From a virus (lineage: Duplodnaviria > Caudoviricetes): DNA of 36,563 nucleotides. The translations under genes and the position numbers were made by a program. The notes beneath the pieces are model-generated. The model did not search any database. It worked only from the letters and a program-made list of their open reading frames with translations, and was not told where the DNA came from. Positions within the stretch are counted from its first letter, which is position 1. Each line of letters opens with the position of its first letter. Shown piece by piece: positions 23,408-33,109 of this stretch. The stretch covers positions 1 through 36,563 of the IMG/VR virus record IMGVR_UViG_3300032212_000083, one strand, 5' to 3'.

Positions 23408-24846
23408 TATCTAGCTCCACCAAAATTAGCGTTTGCTTTTTTCTGGAATATCTTGTTAACTTCTTCGCCTACTGCTTTAGGGTCTAATGCTCCATTCACG
23501 TTGATAGTTACATTAGGTGCTAGTGCTGATTTCCCACCTGCTGATTGAATTATTTTTGCTAACTCTTGTTCCGAAACACCTCTTGCTCTACCTGCCTCTA
23601 TATCCGCTTGAGTTATTTTTGCTCCTACGCTAGTCTTTGCCGCTGTAGGAACACCACCTAGCTTCTCAATCTCAACAAAAGGGATTTTATTAATTAGTTC
23701 TATTAAATCATTGATTAATATTTTTAATCCCCCTAATGCTTTATCTCCTTTAGTAAAGAAAAAATCCCAACCTTTAGCGGCTTCTCCTAGTACGTTTACT
23801 ATTCCTCTAAAAGCATCACCTAATAATCCCGTACTATTTAGAATGTCTTTCGTTACACTATCTTGACCTTTTAGTCCTTTAACAATATCCTCAACTATCA
23901 AAAATAGAGCTGTTGCAATAGTTAAAGGAATAGCAAAAGTCAATAACATTCTTCTTTGTAGGAACAAGAAAGCCGCACCTGCCGCCATGATTACATTTTC
24001 AAACCCACCGAATAAATCTACTATATCAAGGACAGTAGTAAAAATTCTTTTAAGGACTCCAAATATAACGTTTGTTACTTGTCCGATAACAGAAAAAAGT
24101 TTTTTGAATCCACTTATTACATCTTTCATATGCTTACGTGAAAACTCAACAAACACATCAATAAAATCTTTAAAAGGCTCTATCAAAGAACTGCCTATAT
24201 TGTTTTTCAACGCACCAACAACTACACCAACTTTAGTTAGAGCATCGTTAAAGTCTTGTGCATCTTTGAGTTGCTTCTCTGTTGATATACCGCCTAATGC
24301 TTCAAACTCAGCACCTAGTTTCTCTATCTCTTTTCGTCCACCTTCTAGCGTTTGCAATAGGTTACTACTAACACCTATTCTATCTAGTAGTCTTATCTTC
24401 TCACTATCTGATTGTATTTTAGAGATACTATCACTAACTGCTAATAGTAGCTCTGATGATGTTTTAAAGCTCGTAGGGTCTATTCCTAACTGTCCGAAAG
24501 CCTCTAGGTCACCTTTACCCCTTAACGCATCTTCTTTGGCATTAGTGAGGTTCTTTAGAGAACTTGTTAGGTCTTCCGCACTTGCTCCGCCAATTGAAGC
24601 CGCAAACTTAAACTTTTGTAGCTCTTGGGTAGATAGGTTTAATCGCTTTGCTTGTTTGGCTAACTCGTCATTTGAATCTGCAACACTTTTAGCTATTCCG
24701 AAACCTGCCGCCTGTGCCGCTACGATAACACCCGTTAATTTTGCAAAGCCTTTAACAATGCCACCTATTGACTTGCTGAAATCGTCAAAAGCTTTTTTAT
24801 CCCACTCAAAATTAAGGTCATATGTGAGTTCTTCTACTGTTGCCAT
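23407..24846 (-). CDS. Tape measure protein (short)
   Basis: Ala/Gly/Leu-rich helical protein after the chaperones, with TM-like segments. Confidence 0.9.
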   Translation of the reverse strand: MATVEELTYDLNFEWDKKAFDDFSKSIGGIVKGFAKLTGVIVAAQAAGFGIAKSVADSNDELAKQAKRLNLSTQELQKFKFAASIGGASAEDLTSSLKNLTNAKEDALRGKGDLEAFGQLGIDPTSFKTSSELLLAVSDSISKIQSDSEKIRLLDRIGVSSNLLQTLEGGRKEIEKLGAEFEALGGISTEKQLKDAQDFNDALTKVGVVVGALKNNIGSSLIEPFKDFIDVFVEFSRKHMKDVISGFKKLFSVIGQVTNVIFGVLKRIFTTVLDIVDLFGGFENVIMAAGAAFLFLQRRMLLTFAIPLTIATALFLIVEDIVKGLKGQDSVTKDILNSTGLLGDAFRGIVNVLGEAAKGWDFFFTKGDKALGGLKILINDLIELINKIPFVEIEKLGGVPTAAKTSVGAKITQADIEAGRARGVSEQELAKIIQSAGGKSALAPNVTINVNGALDPKAVGEEVNKIFQKKANANFGGAR

Positions 24847-24848
24847 GT

Positions 24849-25160
24849 TTAAAAAATCTCCTTATAGATTGGTGGTAAGTCTATATCGTCCACATGGATT
24901 GAATCTAGTTTTGATAATTGCTCTTTAGTTTCTTCTTTAGAGTTTTCATCTTTATATTCTACTCCATTTTTTAAGTTAGTCATTAAAGAATGTGTAGCTT
25001 CAATACGTTTAAAATCTCTATAGTTCATATTCATAAAGTCACTATAAGATAATACTTGTTCAGCTATTAAAATAGAACCCCTAAAAAATAAAGGAGTCAT
25101 TCTATTTTTTTTATAAAATAATATTAGCTTCTTTGAGGTGTTATCCTCTTTGACTTTCCC
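24849..25160 (-). CDS. Tail assembly chaperone GT extension (-1 frame)
   Basis: The -1 frame from GGGAAAG (25154-25160) is open into ORF 24849..25100. Confidence 0.75.
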   Translation of the reverse strand, partial: GKVKEDNTSKKLILFYKKNRMTPLFFRGSILIAEQVLSYSDFMNMNYRDFKRIEATHSLMTNLKNGVEYKDENSKEETKEQLSKLDSIHVDDIDLPPIYKEIF

Positions 25161-25507
25161 GAACTTTCACCGCCTGAGCTTCCGTTCATATGTTCAGAAA
25201 CTAATCCCATAATGACGGGTAGTCCTTCTGAAATCATTTTAATTACCATAGGAACACCATCTAATTGTTCCTCTTTAATGTCACTTCCATCTTCATTCAT
25301 ATAACAAATCATAGTTAAAGCTCTTACATTTTCTTTAACTGCCTTTGTCACCTCTTTAGCCATAGCGGTTGATGCTCTTTTGTTCGCTTCAACATCTTCG
25401 CCTTGCATATCATCTAAATTGTCAATGATAGCATCTGCAATATAGTCTTCTATCTGGCATAATACTTTGTTTTTGACATTGTTTAAATCTCTAAGTTTAA
25501 ATCCCAC
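25124..25507 (-). CDS. Tail assembly chaperone G
   Basis: Between tube and tape measure genes; slippery G GGA AAG near the 3' end. Confidence 0.8.
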   Translation of the reverse strand: MGFKLRDLNNVKNKVLCQIEDYIADAIIDNLDDMQGEDVEANKRASTAMAKEVTKAVKENVRALTMICYMNEDGSDIKEEQLDGVPMVIKMISEGLPVIMGLVSEHMNGSSGGESSGKSKRITPQRS

Positions 25508-25517
25508 GATTTACCCT

Positions 25518-25910
25518 TTAAGCTTCTACAATCTGTAGATTACCTTTGAAAGTAATACCATAAGACTCTACATCTAGTCCGCCCGTTGAATCACTAATAG
25601 TTACCTGAGTAGGGTTAGCACTAGCCATGAAGCCTTTAAACCCCATACCATTATCATTTAAAGTGAATGGAGCTGGAATACCTGCTTTAATAGCCGCAAT
25701 TAAAGTACCTATTCCCTCTGTACTTTTAACAACGTTAATCGTCACACCACTAACAACTGCATTAGGGTTTTTTCTAATATGCACTACTGCATCAGACGCA
25801 CTTAGAGTATCACCTAATTCGCCTAAATCATAAGTGGCTGAATCTTCTGCAAGATTCTTTAGGGCGATACCTGCCCATACAAACGATAGATTACCTTTTT
25901 CTTGTGCCAT
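25518..25910 (-). CDS. Tail tube protein
   Basis: 130-aa beta-rich protein after the sheath gene. Confidence 0.8.
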   Translation of the reverse strand: MAQEKGNLSFVWAGIALKNLAEDSATYDLGELGDTLSASDAVVHIRKNPNAVVSGVTINVVKSTEGIGTLIAAIKAGIPAPFTLNDNGMGFKGFMASANPTQVTISDSTGGLDVESYGITFKGNLQIVEA

Positions 25911-25911
25911 A

Positions 25912-27009
25912 CTATGCTCCTTGTGTTATTGTTACGGTATTAGTCACAAAATGACCTGCTTGAGATTCTACATAAGAGTAAGTTCCTATAATCTCTCTTG
26001 ATGGAACATCACCTGCTGAGAAAGCAATAGTAAAAGGAGTGTCCGCATTACTATCGATAATTCCTTGAAGTACCGCTTGCTCAAATATTGGAGTAGCTTG
26101 GTTTTCAAGTTCTGCAAAACCATCATCATTGATTGGAACTTTTTTCACTTGAAGTAAATCATAGATAGCATTATCAAGTTGTACCTTAACCCATATAGCA
26201 CCTAATGATGTATCGATATAATCATTGTCTTTTAGAGTGATTCCCTCTTTAATAAAAGAGCGTCCTGTGCGTTCATTAGTTCCCGTATAGATACCAACTT
26301 GCTTATTAAGAACGTTTGTTAGTTCTGAGTTTGTAACTGGTGTATCTACTGCTGTTTCAATCGGTGCTGAGTTTTGAGGTTTCATAAACTTAACTGTTTG
26401 CGCCCCAATATCAAGGCTCATTAGTTTTCCAACTACACCAGATGCAGGGTAATCCGCTACAACATTAGTATAGAACATTGAGAAGTTACCAACCTTTAAA
26501 ACATCACTACCTGCAAGATTATCGTAATAGGCTTTATTTACTGATGCCACATCGGTTGTTAAGGCTGTTAGAATATCTGCATCACTTGTATCTAATGCGA
26601 TAAGATACTCTTTATCAAAAGCAAACTGAATAAGAGTTGTATCTGTCACTTGTGTAGCAACGCCAATAACTTTATCGGTAATAACAGTTACAAAAGAAAA
26701 ATTAGCGTCTGGGTCATTTTCTAAATCAGTTAATTTACCTGTAATATCTGCATCACCTAATGTATCAGCTAAAGGTACTGCATATAATTGTGTTCCGCCC
26801 TCGTCAAAGAAAGCTTTTGCCATTAAATAAAACTCATCTGTTTCGAGCCAATCTAAAAGCACATCTGACAAAGAAGTATAAAGTTTCTTTGCTGTCCCTA
26901 TTGTTGTAACATCACTAATGATTGCTACTGTCTTATTGATGTCAACAATATTAACTGTTAACTCTTTAACTACTGTTGTAGTGACTGCTCTTGTATTTGG
27001 TGTTGCCAT
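25912..27009 (-). CDS. Tail sheath protein (DUF3383-like)
   Basis: YTSLSDV...EFYLMAKAFF...TVKFMK...YIDTSLGAIWV...KKVPINDDG. Confidence 0.9.
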   Translation of the reverse strand: MATPNTRAVTTTVVKELTVNIVDINKTVAIISDVTTIGTAKKLYTSLSDVLLDWLETDEFYLMAKAFFDEGGTQLYAVPLADTLGDADITGKLTDLENDPDANFSFVTVITDKVIGVATQVTDTTLIQFAFDKEYLIALDTSDADILTALTTDVASVNKAYYDNLAGSDVLKVGNFSMFYTNVVADYPASGVVGKLMSLDIGAQTVKFMKPQNSAPIETAVDTPVTNSELTNVLNKQVGIYTGTNERTGRSFIKEGITLKDNDYIDTSLGAIWVKVQLDNAIYDLLQVKKVPINDDGFAELENQATPIFEQAVLQGIIDSNADTPFTIAFSAGDVPSREIIGTYSYVESQAGHFVTNTVTITQGA

Positions 27010-27018
27010 AGTCTTTCC

Positions 27019-27507
27019 TTATGTTGTAGTTCCATCTAGGGTAATTAATCCCACAGATGTTGATGTTTCTATAAAACTATTGTCAAAGCTAATAGTTAAC
27101 TCGAATATATAGCCTTCTTCATTTAGTGTGTTTTTTACTTGTGGCAAAGGTGAAATACCAGATACCATAATAAAAAAAACACCTTGCTCTCTAAGTATTT
27201 TCTTATTGTTTATTGTACCGAAACTTTTATATAAATTTCGACTGTTGATAAAACTATTTTCACCTCTAATATCAATCTGAATAGTTGATGTTGTTAATGG
27301 GTCGTATGTTTCATCTATTAATGTTGCATCACCTACGTTAACTTCTTGCTTGATGTTATTGACAAAGCTTTTTTCATCTTCATCTATAATGTAATAAATT
27401 GCATAGTCTCCATTAGGCTGCTTGAAGGTAAGCGTTCCATCTTTTACATTAGTCAATCCTGTTTTATCTTTGATGTATTGAACTATAATAGGTCTATAAT
27501 CAATCAT
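27019..27507 (-). CDS. Tail terminator / neck protein
   Basis: Synteny directly before the sheath gene; IQIDIRG. Confidence 0.7.
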   Translation of the reverse strand: MIDYRPIIVQYIKDKTGLTNVKDGTLTFKQPNGDYAIYYIIDEDEKSFVNNIKQEVNVGDATLIDETYDPLTTSTIQIDIRGENSFINSRNLYKSFGTINNKKILREQGVFFIMVSGISPLPQVKNTLNEEGYIFELTISFDNSFIETSTSVGLITLDGTTT

Positions 27508-27851
27508 ACAATTAGCCCTGCGAAAAATTTAGAATAGTCACCTACTATTTTAGTATTACTCTTTAATACTCTATAGCTCTCGCCATCATATAGAACTTCA
27601 TCATTAGGCAATATATCAGCGTCAACACTAGCAAATATTTTTATCATAGACTCTATGTGTTCGCCTTGTTGTGCTATCAATGTTAAATCTCTATCTGATG
27701 CAGGGTGAATATAACAAAAAATTGTATTAGATGGTGCTATAGGAGTTTTAACCTCTCTCCCTTTATCATCATCTACTGTCGTGAATCTAGTAAAGACTTC
27801 ATCTTTGGAAAAGTCCGCTATAACATCATCATATAAATCAAACTCTATCAT
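27504..27851 (-). CDS. Head closure protein
   Basis: IHPASDRDL...DEVLYDGESYRV; synteny. Confidence 0.7.
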   Translation of the reverse strand: MIEFDLYDDVIADFSKDEVFTRFTTVDDDKGREVKTPIAPSNTIFCYIHPASDRDLTLIAQQGEHIESMIKIFASVDADILPNDEVLYDGESYRVLKSNTKIVGDYSKFFAGLIV

Positions 27852-28303
27852 TGTTTTTCTCCTACTGAGAAAGTAACAGATTGTAGCATATGCCCTGTAT
27901 CAATAAGAGGATTTGAGCTTCCTTTAGCATCTATTGTGCTTTGACTATTTGCAGGTGTTCTCAATGCTATTATCTCTTTTTGAACATCTCCTTGACCTTT
28001 TAGCCCTAGTTTATTATAGAACTCTACATTATCAGCGTTATTGATGTTACTAAAATGTTTCAGTATTAACCCTTTATATATCTTTTTGTTTTTAGCAAAG
28101 GATATGCTCATAAATGGTCGTTTAGGAACACCTAACCCAAAGTTATTAATAGTGGCTTTATCTATCGCTGATATACCACCTGTATCTGTTGATGATGTTT
28201 TTTGGTTTAAAGAAGGGAAGCCCACCTTTATAGATAAGTTTTTAGTGCCTTTTAATTTCTTTTTTATATCTATTGTTTTATTGATTTTGAGTTTATTAAA
28301 CAA
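27848..28303 (-). CDS. Neck / virion morphogenesis protein
   Basis: IKVGF...NNFG...PKRPFM...NSQSTIDAKGSSNPLIDTGHMLQSVT. Confidence 0.85.
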   Translation of the reverse strand: MFNKLKINKTIDIKKKLKGTKNLSIKVGFPSLNQKTSSTDTGGISAIDKATINNFGLGVPKRPFMSISFAKNKKIYKGLILKHFSNINNADNVEFYNKLGLKGQGDVQKEIIALRTPANSQSTIDAKGSSNPLIDTGHMLQSVTFSVGEKQ

Positions 28304-28652
28304 AGAAAGCTCCCATTTTAGAAGCTCTTAATTGTAAGTATCTCTGTCCATATTTACTAGACATAAAAAAGGCATCATTTTGGTTTGTAATAGGTGAGAC
28401 ATTGAAAGCTACACTTACCCCATCAACTGACTGAGAAGCCTTATCTTTAACAGATGAACTTCCACTTTTGTTGTTAATGTAAAGTAAGTGAGCTTGTAGC
28501 ATTAAGATGGCTAAATCATCGCATCCCGTTCCATCAATATAGATAGCACCAAAATAACATTGGTAATCATCTTCACTTGTAGCAAAATATTCATCTACTA
28601 CAGTTACATCGAATTCTGGGAACTTTGTTTTGAAGTCATCTATAAATGCCAT
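28296..28652 (-). CDS. Head-tail adaptor (DUF4054-like)
   Basis: FKTKFPEF...AHLL...SVDGVSVAF...SKYGQRYLQL. Confidence 0.85.
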   Translation of the reverse strand: MAFIDDFKTKFPEFDVTVVDEYFATSEDDYQCYFGAIYIDGTGCDDLAILMLQAHLLYINNKSGSSSVKDKASQSVDGVSVAFNVSPITNQNDAFFMSSKYGQRYLQLRASKMGAFFV

Positions 28653-28655
28653 GTA

Positions 28656-28904
28656 TTAAACTTTCTCGATTAGTTTTTGCTTGATTGAACGCTCGACCTT
28701 ATCCATAAAGTCTTTATTGTTTAGCTCTAAGTTGTTTAACTCATATGGTGAGAAATTATGTAGAACTACATTAGGACTTAATCTAACTGGATTTTTAACT
28801 AACTTTTTAACTGTAAAAGAAGATTTCTTTTCAGTAGGTTTTTTTTCTACTTCTGTTTTAACTTCTTTTTCTACTGTTTTTTCATCTTGTTTTTTCTTAG
28901 GCAT
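28656..28904 (-). CDS. Hypothetical protein
   Basis: Lys-rich 82-aa ORF after the capsid gene; AAGGA RBS. Confidence 0.7.
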   Translation of the reverse strand: MPKKKQDEKTVEKEVKTEVEKKPTEKKSSFTVKKLVKNPVRLSPNVVLHNFSPYELNNLELNNKDFMDKVERSIKQKLIEKV

Positions 28905-28930
28905 AATTATCCTTTATGTTTTAACAAGTC

Positions 28931-29932
28931 CTAAAGACCTGTTAAAATTTCCCCTGCCGCATTTTCAATAACATCAAGACCTGCAATACGATATTGACTA
29001 TCAACTTTGAATTTGAATGAACCAGTTTTAATGATTTCTCCAATCTCTAAAGGTGTAGGAATACGCATTACCATAGCTCTATCATTAGATGAATAACAAA
29101 CAACTACTGATGCAGGAACTAGTCCAGGATTTGGAGTTGCCGCATCTGATTCCGCTTTTGATGTAGCACCAAAAGTAAGGCTTGGATAGTTACGCTGTAA
29201 AGCTTCAAGGATTGATTCTCCTGTACCTGCTGTATTAAGAATAGTACCAGAGATATATTCAAAAATACGTGTAGCCATAGTTACGTTAGTAGGCATAAGA
29301 ATTTCGTTACCTAGTGCCGCAGTTCTACGAGATACGATTAAGTTTTTGATTTGATTGTAATCCGCTTCTGGTGTAGTAGTACCTAAAGCAACACCTGCAT
29401 TAGTTTCAAATCCAGAGAAGTTTAATAGACCCTCTGTCTTTTGTGTACCATCTGCAAACAGTTGACCTGCATAACCGATTTTATCAATGTTGCGGTTATA
29501 TACTTCATTGTGAGCTTCAATAAACTCTGATACAAGGTTACGACCTTCTAAATCAGCTTGTTTGATTTCTGCATCACTCCATGTAGAAAACGCTTCTTTT
29601 AAGAAAACTGGAATAGTATCAGACTCAGCACCAACAGTAATTTTACCATCTGTGTTATCGTCACCACTACCATCTGAAAAGTCACCTTTAATACTACGTT
29701 TGATTTTCGTAATAAATTCAGCCCAACCACCTGTGTTATCTACTTTAATACCATTTTGTAAGAAAGTAAGACCTGCATATTGTTGTTTAAAGATAGTTGG
29801 GTCAACTGCCTCTAAGTGTCGTGCTAGGATTGTACCCGTTGCACTATCAGCAAAGTTTTTAATTGCATTTTCAGCATCTTCAAAACTTTGTAAATTTACC
29901 AATGAGTCGATTGTTGTTGTTTTTTTGCTCAT
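28931..29932 (-). CDS. Major capsid protein (DUF2184-like, HK97 fold)
   Basis: LARHLEAVDPTIF...IDKIGYAG...GLLN...RIAGLDV. Confidence 0.9.
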   Translation of the reverse strand: MSKKTTTIDSLVNLQSFEDAENAIKNFADSATGTILARHLEAVDPTIFKQQYAGLTFLQNGIKVDNTGGWAEFITKIKRSIKGDFSDGSGDDNTDGKITVGAESDTIPVFLKEAFSTWSDAEIKQADLEGRNLVSEFIEAHNEVYNRNIDKIGYAGQLFADGTQKTEGLLNFSGFETNAGVALGTTTPEADYNQIKNLIVSRRTAALGNEILMPTNVTMATRIFEYISGTILNTAGTGESILEALQRNYPSLTFGATSKAESDAATPNPGLVPASVVVCYSSNDRAMVMRIPTPLEIGEIIKTGSFKFKVDSQYRIAGLDVIENAAGEILTGL

Positions 29933-29941
29933 ACTATTTCC

Positions 29942-30460
29942 TTATACTAAGTAGTTTTTCATAGTAACAATCCAAATACCAGATTGTTTCTCTTCTTTGA
30001 ATGTTACACCAGTAGCGATTAAAGCACCTGCTTCTAATGAGTTATCTGTTACTTTACCTGCTAATAGTGGGTCAGCACTATTTACAACATAAACTTGTGC
30101 TCCTTCTATTGCTGTACCTGCCGCAATTGCTAAGTCGGACATGACAACTGTAGCACGCCCAAAGTTAACAATATCCGCAACTTTATCTGTAAGACCTGCG
30201 ATTGAACCACTTGCAGGGTCAGAGATATAAACACCACTTGCTAAGTCTTTGTTTGTCTTACGCTTTGGAACACCTACGATTAATGGAGTAGCTGAACCAT
30301 CTAAGTTATCAACACTACCTGCATCAAGTTTAGCAAAACGTCCGATAACTAAACCATCTTCAAACTTATCATAGCTATCGATATTATGAGGTGATGTTGA
30401 AATTACCTCACCTTCCTCAACTTGGATTACTTCTGTTAATGTACCTTCTGTAAATGCCAT
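29942..30460 (-). CDS. Head decoration protein
   Basis: Ala/Gly-rich beta protein directly before the capsid gene. Confidence 0.75.
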   Translation of the reverse strand: MAFTEGTLTEVIQVEEGEVISTSPHNIDSYDKFEDGLVIGRFAKLDAGSVDNLDGSATPLIVGVPKRKTNKDLASGVYISDPASGSIAGLTDKVADIVNFGRATVVMSDLAIAAGTAIEGAQVYVVNSADPLLAGKVTDNSLEAGALIATGVTFKEEKQSGIWIVTMKNYLV

Positions 30461-31563
30461 TAGATTTGCTCCTTAGCGGCTTTAGTCCACTTGCTTTCTT
30501 TGTCTGAATCTGCAAAATCTTTATAATCTTTCACATCTTCTTTTTTATCTAGCATCTTAAATGCAACTGTAATATCACTATCTGCAAAAGTTTCGCTTGG
30601 CTTTTCAGCTTTTAAAACATCACGCATGATAGTAATATTTCCCTTGCCTTTAAACTCATACTTATCATCTAAGAATGGTTTGGCTTTCTCTACGATTTCC
30701 ATGCGATTATCTGCATAGTCCATTTGAGCATCTAAGAAACATTTAGAGTCTTTAAATTCCTCTACTGCTTTAGTGCTAACTTCTTTTTCATCTAATGGCA
30801 TACTTTCATCTTCCATTTCTTCACCTGCTGTAGTAGTAGGTTCTTCAATTGGAGTCAAAGCTTCCATACCTGCTGAAGCCATTACTTTTTCAAGCACTGG
30901 TACAAGTTTTGAAAGCTCTTTAATATCCATCTTGCTAATTACTTCTGGAAGTTGGTTTGCTAGTTCCATTACTTTCTCTAGCGAAACAACACCCTCTGTA
31001 TTAGCGTCTAGGAACTCTAATAATGTTTTTGGCATTTCTATTTCTCCATCTTTGAATTGGCATATCTCACCACATCTTCCCTTGTCTACAATAGCTAAGT
31101 GATGTGGCACTATCTCAACTTGTTGAAAATCGTACAATTCATGAGGTATTAATTTTGCTTGATACCCTAAACTTAGTTCTCTTTTCCCGTTGTCGACTAA
31201 TTGTACCATATTATCAGATAGTTTTATACCATTTTCTACAATGACATGTGTATCTGTTTTTTCATCTCGATATTCTACTGGTGTGCTTGAATCAATGAAC
31301 CCTTTAATAAAGTCTCTGTTGACTGTTTCGTTGACATCAATATGTTCGTCTGTGATTGGTAAGTTGACTAACTTGTCTGCTATCCCTCTAACATCTTCTT
31401 GATTTCTGAAAATCTTAAAGACCTTATCGAATGGTTGCATACCTAACTCAATACCCATATATTCCTGAAAACCATCTCTGATACTAATGACTTTCTTTTG
31501 CTTTGCATCATAGGTAGCTATGTGCTTGTCCTCGAATGATACTATAATTGGTTCTTTTTGCAT
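30460..31563 (-). CDS. DUF2213 prohead protease/scaffold
   Basis: RDGFQEYMG...PITDEH...GKRELSLGY...HHLAIVDKGRCG; acidic scaffold-like C-terminus. Confidence 0.9.
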   Translation of the reverse strand: MQKEPIIVSFEDKHIATYDAKQKKVISIRDGFQEYMGIELGMQPFDKVFKIFRNQEDVRGIADKLVNLPITDEHIDVNETVNRDFIKGFIDSSTPVEYRDEKTDTHVIVENGIKLSDNMVQLVDNGKRELSLGYQAKLIPHELYDFQQVEIVPHHLAIVDKGRCGEICQFKDGEIEMPKTLLEFLDANTEGVVSLEKVMELANQLPEVISKMDIKELSKLVPVLEKVMASAGMEALTPIEEPTTTAGEEMEDESMPLDEKEVSTKAVEEFKDSKCFLDAQMDYADNRMEIVEKAKPFLDDKYEFKGKGNITIMRDVLKAEKPSETFADSDITVAFKMLDKKEDVKDYKDFADSDKESKWTKAAKEQI

Positions 31564-31576
31564 GATTATCCTTTAA

Positions 31577-33109
31577 TTAAACTTCTGCCGCCCACTCGAC
31601 ACTAACACCGCCCAAGCTGTTGTTTTTACCTTCTATCGTGATGAAAACATAATCACCATGAGTTAAATACAAATCTCCACTACCTGCATCGGGATTAGTA
31701 AATTCTTGGGAACTTAAAGCAGGTATTCTAGTCTCAAATATCTTTATCATGCCTGCTGTGTTAAACGCTGTAATCGCTCCGTTAACAGACTCCTCTTGAA
31801 AACCATCTCTAATAGGTGAGAATGTAGCAGTTATTAAAGATGGGTCACGGAAGTAATATACCCTGATAAGCGAGGATGTATCTGCATAAGCATTAATTGA
31901 TGTTAGAACTATATCTCTAGTGTTCATTAAACCAAAAATCATATTAGGAATTCTTATAGATATAATAGGAACTTCTAATGCACTAATGGCTAATTCTCCT
32001 GTTGTTGTACTACCATAAGAGCGATTACCTTTTACCCCGTTTTCTGTTGATACATCTACACACCCACTTTCAATAATTACTTCTGTTCCATCTGTGTTTA
32101 CGGATTCATACCATACGGGCAAAGATGGGTTAAAAATACTCAACTCTGTATCTATATTTATGTGATTGTATTCTGCTACCAATACACTATAACTATTTTC
32201 AGCATTACCTATAAACCACCTTACATTACCAACGCCTCTCCATTGCATCTGAACATCAAAGATATTACCTTTTTCTAAGTCAATCGTTCCTAATTCTAAA
32301 GTGTTTAAATCTATAGCTTGGATAAAAGGTTCTGTAGTGACTGTATTTATAGTAGTTCTTATAACTGCATACAATATCCCATCTTCTAATCTAAAAAAAG
32401 CACCATTCAGATTATTCAGTAAGCCAAAGTTTCTAACCCCTATCGCATTTTTATTAGGTAGGAATATTGATGATGAATATAAGTGACCTCTATTTGGTTG
32501 ATAACGTGGGTGTCTACGACTCATTAAATAAGAGTCATTTCCTAATACCGCACCAGATGAGATATTAAGTTTCCCATTAACTGATGATATTCTAGTAACG
32601 TCTACATCATTATATAGTTCGATACCATCTTGGAATGGAACCCACGATTCCCTACTAACGTTAAAAGTAAACAATGAATTAAATAATGATGTATCTTGGA
32701 TTACTTTTTGATGACCCCATGCGTCTTGTGATAAATCACCATATCCACCTATTACTCTTAAAGCTCCGTTTAATGTATCTGCTCCACCTACATTAATATT
32801 CTTAACTGGCTTTCGTATTTGTATCTGGCTGTCTTCTTTAGCTGTGTACTTAATACGTCTTACATAAAACTTTGTTGTGTTGGTATAGGGAAAGTGCAGG
32901 AATTGTGAACCTTCAATTATTCTACCCTTATTATTAAACGTGCTGTCAATTACTGCATCACCTATCGTATCAATAATAACCTCGATATTTCCACCGCCAT
33001 TATGGAATATCTCTACTGTTTCCTCTTGTATTAATTCAAGTAATGCTACGCTAGTTGTAATGTCTAGCCATGTAGTAGTCACTGGTATTGTGATTGGTAA
33101 TACTGCCAT
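31577..33109 (-). CDS. Large beta-rich putative virion structural protein
   Basis: 510 aa in the head module; DAWGHQKV...SRRHPRYQPNRG...QWRGVG motifs resemble marine phage structural proteins. Confidence 0.6.
   Translation of the reverse strand: MAVLPITIPVTTTWLDITTSVALLELIQEETVEIFHNGGGNIEVIIDTIGDAVIDSTFNNKGRIIEGSQFLHFPYTNTTKFYVRRIKYTAKEDSQIQIRKPVKNINVGGADTLNGALRVIGGYGDLSQDAWGHQKVIQDTSLFNSLFTFNVSRESWVPFQDGIELYNDVDVTRISSVNGKLNISSGAVLGNDSYLMSRRHPRYQPNRGHLYSSSIFLPNKNAIGVRNFGLLNNLNGAFFRLEDGILYAVIRTTINTVTTEPFIQAIDLNTLELGTIDLEKGNIFDVQMQWRGVGNVRWFIGNAENSYSVLVAEYNHINIDTELSIFNPSLPVWYESVNTDGTEVIIESGCVDVSTENGVKGNRSYGSTTTGELAISALEVPIISIRIPNMIFGLMNTRDIVLTSINAYADTSSLIRVYYFRDPSLITATFSPIRDGFQEESVNGAITAFNTAGMIKIFETRIPALSSQEFTNPDAGSGDLYLTHGDYVFITIEGKNNSLGGVSVEWAAEV

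Noticed and set aside
23987-24928. 313-aa plus-strand ORF and the other plus-strand ORFs outside 13256-14843
   Set aside because: They are antisense shadows of real minus-strand genes, Ser/Phe/Leu-rich, with no motifs or RBS.
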